Origin: Trichoplax adhaerens
Lineage: Eukaryota > Animalia > Placozoa
DNA: 9,713 nucleotides
Assembly (NCBI RefSeq): GCF_000150275.1
Contig: NW_002060993.1
Coordinates: 1 to 9,713 of the forward strand
Reading direction: 5' to 3'
Part shown: positions 1 through 8,591 of the stretch, piece by piece
Layout of the letters: each line of letters opens with the position of its first letter
Position numbering within the stretch: the stretch's first letter is position 1
Translations under genes and position numbers: made by a program
The notes under the pieces: generated by a model
The model's database searches: none
Told to the model about the DNA's origin: nothing
The model's input: the letters and a program-made list of their open reading frames with translations, nothing else

Positions 1-806
1 CTTAAATATAGTGTAATCAAAGCCGTCTGTATTCTTGAATCAACTATTGATCAACTAACATTTTCCTGTTGTCTGATCGTGTGACAAGTACGCGTACTTG
101 TGATGATAGGTGATCAAATTGAATCTTATACTAGAGTCTATCGATGTGGCAGGAATAGGACAATCATTCATGATTCCTGTTTGACATGATCATTTTGTTA
201 GATCAATCACTGTATCATTAAACTAGAGTGGGCAAGATTGGAACAAAATGAAAGACGTCTAATAGGACTACCGTCATTAAATTAGAGTCAGTAGTGAAAT
301 ACTGGCATTCGATTTTTATACAGGCCCATGATTAATAGAATTGGATGGAGTTTTATGTCATCATTTCGTTAGATCCATGACTGTATGATTAGATTAGAGT
401 CGGCAAGACGATGGCTAGAATTGGATGGAGTATTTACATCATCATTTCAGTAGATCATTGACTGTATAATTAGGTTAGAGTCGGCAAGACGATGACTAGA
501 TTTGGATAGAGTTTTACATCATCATTTTAGCAGATCATTGACTGTATGATTAAGTTAGAGTCGGCAAGACGATGACTAGAATTGGATGGAGTTTTACATC
601 ATCATTTAAGCAGATCATTAACTGTATGATTAGGTTAGAATCGGCAAGAACTAGATGAAAGTTTTACATTATCATTTCAGTAGATCATTGACTGTACGAT
701 TAAGTTAGAGTCGGCTAGACGATAACACAAATTGGATCGAATTTTACATCATCATTTCGTTAGATCAATGGCTAAATGATTAGGTTAGAGTCTGCAAAAC
801 GATGAC
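1..806. repeat. Long direct repeat, copy 1 (identical to 5955-6760)
   Basis: Base-by-base reading found no differences at a constant offset of 5954. The copy is cut by the window start and by the N gap at 807. Confidence 0.97.
336..806. repeat. 80-bp tandem repeat, first ~6 units, truncated by gap
   Basis: Same units as 6290-6760, lying within the long direct repeat. Confidence 0.95.
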
Positions 807-856
807 NNNNNNNNNNNNNNNNNNNNNNNNNNNNNNNNNNNNNNNNNNNNNNNNNN
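807..856. other. Assembly gap (50 N)
   Basis: Run of N. Confidence 0.99.
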
Positions 857-1519
857 AACAGCTATGGNNCTCTAATACTAGCCATCTATTTTATAGAAGA
901 TGCGACTTTTTCTAGTTCTTCAATATTAGCATCTTGATCCTGTTGTTCGACTTCATATACACTCATATACACTTGTGAGGTTGATAGATCAAGAATCTTC
1001 AAACCTTTCGAAAATTAAGGTTTATTGAAAAAAACCTTGTTTGCAAAGATACAACGTAATCGATCAGCTGAGGATCACTAACGAGAAAGAAGTATTTTAT
1101 TGTACTAAACTACTCGCTTATATACTTTTCCGCCTTAACAATCTTAGCACCTTACTTACTACACACTTCATTATTAGCATCTTAAATACAGAATCATTTA
1201 CACCTTTCATGTGAAGCTCTAGTGTGAGCACTGTAGTAGTTCTCTTCAAAACGATACAGTTACTAAGCTAGCTATATTCGTATTTAATACTTAAGCCTCT
1301 AACGAAATATCTAGTACACGTTGTATGAAAATAGTTTCAATAATTCTAGTTTGAATATTTATAACCCCCAAACACTACAGCTAAAAATCACTCTACCATT
1401 CCCTCACTTCTACATACGGGACATGCAATGGAATCTTCAACACTCTCAACTCATCATCAGGAGTAGAAAGGATTACTGCTTAGCAAATCCAATGAAAAAG
1501 GAATAATACTTGCGTGAAA

Positions 1520-2430
1520 TGTAAAGCTAATCTTGTATCTTGTACCCAGTGCAATTTAACGAGAGTGTCAATAAACTAAGTTAATATTGCTTCCATAATC
1601 AATGAAGATGATGGATGTGTATACTGTACAGATGGATAAAGTATACCCCCAATGTCAATAAAACCAATACCCAAAAATAAATAAACCAAAGCATAATTAA
1701 AAGTAGTCTATGTCTAGTCTATGGTCAATGCAATTGCTGAGTTAGTTTAATATCTATTACAAATCGTAGTCAAAGAGGGACTTGAAAGAGAAAATGAAAA
1801 ACATCTGTAATAAAACATTGATAAAATAGGAGGAGAACATAAAGATCAACATAGGGATGGAGAAAATGGATTGCAAAATTGCAGCCTATCTATCATTAAG
1901 CATCCCATCTAGTCTAAAGCAAATATTGATGACAGTCTTGTAATACTGTAGATGGCGATCTCTTCAGCTATTGATAAACTAAATTAACATCACTTCTATC
2001 CATGAAGATGATGGATGTGTGTACTGTATATAAGATGGATAAAGTATACCCCTAATGTCAGTAAAACCAATACCCAGAAATAAATAAAGCGAAACACCAT
2101 TGCATTCGTCCATGGGGAGAATGCAATGCTTGAGTTGGTTCAATTTCAATTATAAATGGTAGTGAAAGAGAGATTTGAAGAGAAAACGAAAGCATTTGTA
2201 AAAAGATTCAGAATTAAGATTGAGGTAAAATAGGATGAGAAAATAAAAATAGGGATAAAGAAAATGATTTGCGAAATTGCAGTCGATCATAAAGTAAACC
2301 CCCAAAAGTCAGTTTAACCAATACCCAAAAATAAATCAAAACAAAATTATTAGTATTGCAATCAATGCAATTATGCAGCTAGTTCAATGTTTATTGCAAA
2401 TTGCAGTGAAAGACGGACTTGAAAGAGAAA
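1520..2430. repeat. Diverged tandem duplication, ~400-bp unit, about 2.5 copies
   Basis: atgaagatgatggatgtgt at 1602 and 2002. The block ataaagta.accc...gtca...aaccaataccca.aaataaat occurs at ~1636, ~2039 and ~2289. The downstream gacttgaaagagaaa-like block occurs in all three copies and atagggat...aaaatg..ttgc.aaattgcag in the first two. Outer boundaries are approximate. Confidence 0.9.
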
Positions 2431-2926
2431 CAATCTCACCAAGTTCTTGGTCAAAAGAACATGAGAAGATAAAATAGTCTGCTAGCAAAGGCGATCATGA
2501 CTGGAAGGGATATTGCAAAAAGAAAATCGTCTTACCTTGTTGTCCATGTTGTCTTCCACTTTTTCCCGACCCCAAAGGCGAGATTGCCTGCTTTCATTCT
2601 GTTTCTTACCTTGCTATCCACAGTTTACAAAGTAAATTAGTGATTTCAATTAGAGCCAAGAAAAGTTGATGGCGAGCATGCAGTAAGCAGCGTGCCTGTG
2701 CCATACTTTCTCAGTCCAAGTGAGGTTACTCGGTTGATATCTTGCTTATAATATTGTCCGCTGTAGAGTCAATTCCTACTTCTATAGGGTGACAAGCTAT
2801 TTTGCACAGTAGCTTGCAGCGCCGACTCTCTACTTAGTCTTCCTCTTCTTCTACTGCCTTCTACACGTGAAATGGCAATCAACCATCAAACATCTTTTTT
2901 TCTCACTTTCTTTTTCCATACTACAG

Positions 2927-3320
2927 ATTTCTCTCTTATACTTATTAATCTGTGCTTTTAACAGATATTGTTGGGTGTTAGCAATCTCATCTTGCTTAGC
3001 AGGTAAGTCTTTCAACCAGTTAAAGCAATCTTAATCGATGTCATTTTAAACGCAAACCCTAACATTATTGCCATAATATAATCGACCCTTTATCGCCATT
3101 AGACCTATAGTTGACATTTTGGGTTGTGAACTGAATTTCTCTTATACTTGTTAATCTGTGTGTTTTATAGATATTACTGGGTGTTAGCATTCTCATCTAG
3201 TTTAATGAATAGGTAAGTCCTTCAACAAGTGACAATAGTCTTAATTAATCGCTATCATTTTAAACGTCGAATGGGTTGGTAACCCTGACATTATTCCTAT
3301 AATCATCCCTCTATCGCAAT
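2927..3320. repeat. Diverged tandem duplication, ~208-bp period, 2 copies (2927-~3099 and 3135-~3320)
   Basis: Shared blocks tctcttatactt.ttaatctgtg, agatatt..tgggtgttagca.tctcatct, aggtaagtc.ttcaac.agt, tcattttaaacg, aaccct.acattatt and ccct.tatcgc. Confidence 0.9.
2965..3002 (+). other. Candidate 38-nt internal exon
   Basis: Pyrimidine-rich acceptor (tgcttttaacag|) and consensus donor (CAG|gtaagt). Both signals are retained in the duplicate at 3171-3212. No homology recognised. Confidence 0.45.
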
Positions 3321-4699
3321 ACGCAAGTTACAGGATTTGCTGGATAAACGGTCAACAAATACACCTACTTCACACTTTTTCTATCGACTGGGTATCAGTA
3401 AAACCAGAGCATTGGATAGATTGGGCCTGTAAAAATATATATTCTAGCCGAAGAGATAGTTAAAGTAAGCAATATATAGCTCTTCATAGGTTAGCAAGCT
3501 ATAGAGTAGCAACACGCTTGGATAGTAGAACATTTTCTTTCCTCTGCAAATAGTCAGTATGCAAAAAACAATGTACTGAGATTATGCAATGTTCATAGAA
3601 TGATGACCAAGCTACTGTACATGGCTGTAGTATAAATGAAATGATGTCCATCATATTACTTACAATCTACTGTAAAAAGAAACTTTTATAATAAAGTGAA
3701 AATAGGATGATAGAATTTTAGTTTCATCATCCAATGCCACCCGATGAGTTAGTAGACTTTGGCGTAAACCTTTCTACAATACTTAATTACAAGATATAGA
3801 GAAAAAAATAAGAGTGTAGTAAGTTCCTATAACAGGATTGAAATTGATTGACTATACAAGTATTACGATGTTTGAAAAATGTGTTGATCATTTTGCGTTG
3901 GTATTAGTATAAATATACCCACAGTAATCCTTTAATTGAGGCGGAACAACTAGCCTACTGTAGGCTATAGTATCACCAAAAATTCTATTTAAAAGGACTA
4001 AAATACTGTGCTGATCAAATCATCTCCACATATTAGTAATTTTGCTGCAATTTCAAACGTGAAAGACAATGTATTCCACCAATAACAACGAAGCGAAGAG
4101 AGTGTTGTAATGCCACTTTAACGCATTGGATATTTTGGAATTCTATCGAAGATATCGACTTCAGGAATAACATTTCGTCATTTGCTTGTTATTGATATGT
4201 CTGACTTAAATAGCACAACAGGCAAGAAAATGGAGAGATCAATGCATATTACTATATTTATGTTCGTGGTCAATATTAACAATCTAATGCCGACTTGAAT
4301 ACCATACCAGGTTACTCGTTACACTACTCGCAAATATCCTAACTCTAACTTAGATTCAACAGCAAATTATCTATCCCCAACATTCGTTAATGGGGTATTC
4401 GATGTATCTTTTTTCAGTGCAAAAAGTAAGTTACTAATGATCATAAGTATTAACTATATTATATAGTATTAATAAATGAACTATCTAAGAATAAATTTTA
4501 ACCTCACCTGTACTTAAAAATGGCAATTTTATACATACTTAGCCTAGCTGATAATATGGCAATCTAAATCGCTGAGTTGCTTATTGCTAACAGAACTAGA
4601 AAAGCTCTGATTGCATATGGATTGGATCTTCATTCTATCGGTTAACCATCTGCAGGTATGAATACAATAACTTTAACTTGTAAATGGGAATTTTTGTAG

Positions 4700-4773
4700 T
4701 CCACGAGCAGTCAAGTTGTTCTGTCGTGACGGTCGAAATCCTCAACGCTTCTATAGATACACACAACTATAAG
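4700..4773 (+). other. Candidate 74-nt exon
   Basis: tttttgtag| acceptor and AAG|gtaagc donor, locally higher GC, and one open frame (xHEQSSCSVVTVEILNASIDTHNYK). No homology recognised. Confidence 0.3.
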
Positions 4774-5501
4774 GTAAGCAACGAGTTTTGAATACACTCC
4801 GACTTGCACAATCATTTTATGTACATGAGAAGCAACCAAATGGATCAGTGACTACGTTTCAATAATTTTACTTTTGATTTCTTGTCAACATGGAACAGCT
4901 GAACAGGCGCCCACTCCAGCTTACCCTCTCCCAATCTTTTTGACTAAATGGCATGCTATTAATTAATAGCACATGTTGCTACTACAGTAGTTTGTACTAG
5001 CAGCTATAGAAAGCTTTCGTTCAACATGGCTGTTCATTTATCCGTTGTTATAGCAGGAATCCAACAGGGTTTACTGCAATGAATGAAGGGATTATCCCTG
5101 CACGGTCATCATTTCCGGTGTTTACTAGCACTAGTCAATCGTTTCACACTTTGTGCCATGTTGACTTTCATGCTGAAAAATAGTGATGAGTTAATAACTG
5201 GTTTGAAAATGGAATTGCTCAAGTACGGCCAAGTTTTGCTTAATATCATTACCTAATTTCATTTTGTAGTCGCTTCAATTAACGTTACTCAAGATCTTTA
5301 TTAAATCAATTGCTGTCACTTATACAGTCCGTTTTTCCTTATTAGCTATCATTCCAAATTTCGCCAACTTGCTAAAGTTCATAATCAATTGTAAAGATAA
5401 ACACGAGTACCTGCATATCTAGTTGTCATTTCGATAGAATGTAGTTATTATTATGAAAGGTTTTGTAGAACTGTAGACAAATATCTGTTATATAACATAT
5501 A

Positions 5502-5527
5502 ATATAAGCATATAAGCATATAAGCAT
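5502..5527. repeat. Short 8-bp tandem (atataagc)x3
   Basis: atataagc atataagc atataagc at, read directly. Confidence 0.85.
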
Positions 5528-5954
5528 GTTACAAAATTTTTGATAGCAGACTCTACCCTAAATTACATATAACATAATAAACATTACTCGAGGTACTAAA
5601 GTAGAATAAGTATTGCCAGTTTGAACTTATTACAGATCGTCAAGTTCCCAAGGGATGACCAAAAACACAAGGAATTACTAAACTATAATTGACTAGTACA
5701 ATAGACGAGTGGATATTTTGGATGAACAAGATAGAGAAGCAAGAATGAGATACTCCATTTGATCGCACAGTCTTGGGTGGGCTATGGGCCTTGCTGACGA
5801 AGATTGACCTAGAAGAAAATACTGACTGACTAGCTTTACTGACATGGCAAGTTGTTCAATAAACTGAATTACAATCAAATGACTCATTATATATATATTA
5901 TGACTATCATCCATGCCATTGCTATTCACTTTCATTACTCTAGTGCAAGGATTA

Positions 5955-6760
5955 CTTAAATATAGTGTAATCAAAGCCGTCTGTATTCTTGAATCAACTA
6001 TTGATCAACTAACATTTTCCTGTTGTCTGATCGTGTGACAAGTACGCGTACTTGTGATGATAGGTGATCAAATTGAATCTTATACTAGAGTCTATCGATG
6101 TGGCAGGAATAGGACAATCATTCATGATTCCTGTTTGACATGATCATTTTGTTAGATCAATCACTGTATCATTAAACTAGAGTGGGCAAGATTGGAACAA
6201 AATGAAAGACGTCTAATAGGACTACCGTCATTAAATTAGAGTCAGTAGTGAAATACTGGCATTCGATTTTTATACAGGCCCATGATTAATAGAATTGGAT
6301 GGAGTTTTATGTCATCATTTCGTTAGATCCATGACTGTATGATTAGATTAGAGTCGGCAAGACGATGGCTAGAATTGGATGGAGTATTTACATCATCATT
6401 TCAGTAGATCATTGACTGTATAATTAGGTTAGAGTCGGCAAGACGATGACTAGATTTGGATAGAGTTTTACATCATCATTTTAGCAGATCATTGACTGTA
6501 TGATTAAGTTAGAGTCGGCAAGACGATGACTAGAATTGGATGGAGTTTTACATCATCATTTAAGCAGATCATTAACTGTATGATTAGGTTAGAATCGGCA
6601 AGAACTAGATGAAAGTTTTACATTATCATTTCAGTAGATCATTGACTGTACGATTAAGTTAGAGTCGGCTAGACGATAACACAAATTGGATCGAATTTTA
6701 CATCATCATTTCGTTAGATCAATGGCTAAATGATTAGGTTAGAGTCTGCAAAACGATGAC
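5955..6760. repeat. Long direct repeat, copy 2 (identical to 1-806)
   Basis: Starts cttaaatatagtgtaatc at 5955 and ends aaacgatgac at 6760, matching 1-806. Confidence 0.97.
6038..6055. other. Perfect 18-bp palindrome acaagtacgcgtacttgt (also at 84-101)
   Basis: acaagtacg is the reverse complement of cgtacttgt, with no spacer. Confidence 0.9.
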
Positions 6761-6913
6761 TAAAATTGGATAAAGTTTTACATGATCATTATAGTAGATC
6801 AATGACTGTATGATTAGGTTAGAGTCAGCAGGACGACGACTAGAATTGGATAAAGTTTTACATGATCATTTTAGTAGATCAATCGCAGTTTAATTAAGTC
6901 AGAGTTGGCAAGA
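6290..6913. repeat. 80-bp tandem repeat (minisatellite), about 8 units
   Basis: Approximate consensus tagaattggatggagttttacatcatcattttagtagatcattgactgtatgattaggttagagtcggcaagacgatgac. Units start at about 6290, 6370, 6451, 6531, 6606, 6681, 6761 and 6841. Unit 2 has a 1-bp insertion and the unit 4/5 junction lacks a net 10 bp. Confidence 0.95.
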
Positions 6914-7480
6914 TAGGATCAACATTGCATTTCTTCCTTGTAAGACGTCCAGCAGAACCACCCTAATTCAATTAGAGTCAATTATGAAATGCTCGCCACT
7001 TGTTTTATAGAAACCGATGATCATTAGAATAGATGGAGTTGTAGGGGTCCATTTTAGTAGATCAATCGTGATTGGGTGGATAGGAAATTGGCAAGATTTT
7101 AGTAATACTACGAGTGGTTATTCGATATATATTTGAATAAAAATAAGATGGAGGGCCGCGAGCATCAGGTGTTATGGAGATCAACTTGGGATCAAAGCGT
7201 AGCAGCAGGACATTTTTTATCCTCGTCTTAATTCTCCACTGTGTGATCTATTCAATCAGACTAAGCATTAATTCAACAGATTTAATAAAACGTTCTCTCG
7301 ATTTCAACATTCAATAATCCTTGTTTAGCGGCTATTGCCATCATTGAGCTTAATTACCCCAATATCAAATCTAATTAGACTGAGCTGCATTTACTCCTCA
7401 ATTGGTGTTGACTAATTTTGAATCATGATTAGACTACTGTTATAGACTACAGCCTATCCTTAACTCAAACTATCCACTAG

Positions 7481-7692
7481 GCTATAGCCACTTTTACTTC
7501 AGGGCAGAAAGAAAGCTGAGGTACTAGCTGTTACAACTAGAAATAAAAGTCAAGTTATTCTATAAAATAGAGTATCGAACAATTCGCTATAAACACTTTT
7601 ACTTTAGAGCAGAAAGAAAGCTCAGGCTCTAGCTGTTGGAAATAGAAATCAAAATCAAGTTATTCTATGAAATAGAGTATCGATCGATCGTA
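7481..7692. repeat. 105-bp tandem repeat, 2 copies, running into the assembly gap
   Basis: gctata..cacttttactt.ag.gcagaaagaaagct.agg...tagctgtt...tagaaat.aaa.tcaagttattctat.aaatagagtatcga at 7481 and 7586. Confidence 0.92.
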
Positions 7693-8176
7693 NNNNNNNN
7701 NNNNNNNNNNNNNNNNNNNNNNNNNNNNNNNNNNNNNNNNNNNNNNNNNNNNNNNNNNNNNNNNNNNNNNNNNNNNNNNNNNNNNNNNNNNNNNNNNNNN
7801 NNNNNNNNNNNNNNNNNNNNNNNNNNNNNNNNNNNNNNNNNNNNNNNNNNNNNNNNNNNNNNNNNNNNNNNNNNNNNNNNNNNNNNNNNNNNNNNNNNNN
7901 NNNNNNNNNNNNNNNNNNNNNNNNNNNNNNNNNNNNNNNNNNNNNNNNNNNNNNNNNNNNNNNNNNNNNNNNNNNNNNNNNNNNNNNNNNNNNNNNNNNN
8001 NNNNNNNNNNNNNNNNNNNNNNNNNNNNNNNNNNNNNNNNNNNNNNNNNNNNNNNNNNNNNNNNNNNNNNNNNNNNNNNNNNNNNNNNNNNNNNNNNNNN
8101 NNNNNNNNNNNNNNNNNNNNNNNNNNNNNNNNNNNNNNNNNNNNNNNNNNNNNNNNNNNNNNNNNNNNNNNNNNNN
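7693..8176. other. Assembly gap (484 N)
   Basis: Run of N. Confidence 0.99.
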
Positions 8177-8591
8177 ATAGCAACGGAATCAATGTCTGTA
8201 TTATGTTAACCTATATTATATAGATATACAAGTTTATCATCACTAAAACAGTGACTAACAGTAATAATTATGGCCTGGCAACGTGTTAAATTAAAATTCA
8301 AGATGATTTTTATCAACTCATTTCTACAGTACATCGGTCGCATGCTTTAAATTTCATGATAAGAATAAATAAGCAGCTACGAAAATGGATTGATATTTTA
8401 CATCATCTCTGCCACTATATCAAAAATTCACTTTAATCTAGCAATAATAAATATGATATATACTGTCATTAATTAATGCAGGGATCGAGACATGTTTTAC
8501 ACATCTTTGCTCATTTCCATTATCCACTAATTTGATAGCCGTCCATATTATTCCAAGTTTTCATTACAGAGTTTAATAGCATCAAATTTAG

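Noticed and set aside
1321-1506. 61-aa plus-strand ORF
   Set aside because: TTG start, short, no recognisable motif; consistent with chance.
4594-4655. Exon-like segment ctaacag|...CAG|gtatga
   Set aside because: Stops in all three frames and only 44 nt to the next acceptor; at most non-coding.
5636-5692. IVKFPRDDQKHKELL after a ttacag acceptor, faintly THAP-like FPxD
   Set aside because: Lacks the C2CH ligands and conserved Trp and stops after 18 codons.
857-5954. Internal region of an autonomous LTR retrotransposon between the two long repeats
   Set aside because: No gag, protease, RT or integrase frames are visible, and termini, PBS and TSD cannot be identified.
5693-5974. 93-aa minus-strand ORF
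   Set aside because: TTG start, no recognisable domain, and no clear splice boundaries.
6290-6913. CRISPR array interpretation of the regular repeats (also 336-806)
   Set aside because: The whole 80-bp unit repeats with no unique spacers, no cas genes are present and the context is eukaryotic.
6290-6913. Tandem C/D box snoRNA cluster on the minus strand (ATGATGA, CTGA, and a 10-nt antisense match cttgccgact to LSU rRNA AGUCGGCAAG)
   Set aside because: CTGA is at the expected position in only two units, the box C-like motif is absent from the older terminal units, and a 10-nt rRNA match is expected by chance. snoscan or Infernal would settle it.
6290-6913. Coding repeat or coding micro-exon array
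   Set aside because: 80 is not a multiple of 3, units have 1-bp and 10-bp indels, and the 24-nt putative exon has stops in all frames.
7636-8223. ORF-track entries of 195 aa (+) and 175 aa (-)
   Set aside because: Artefacts of translating through the 484-N gap.
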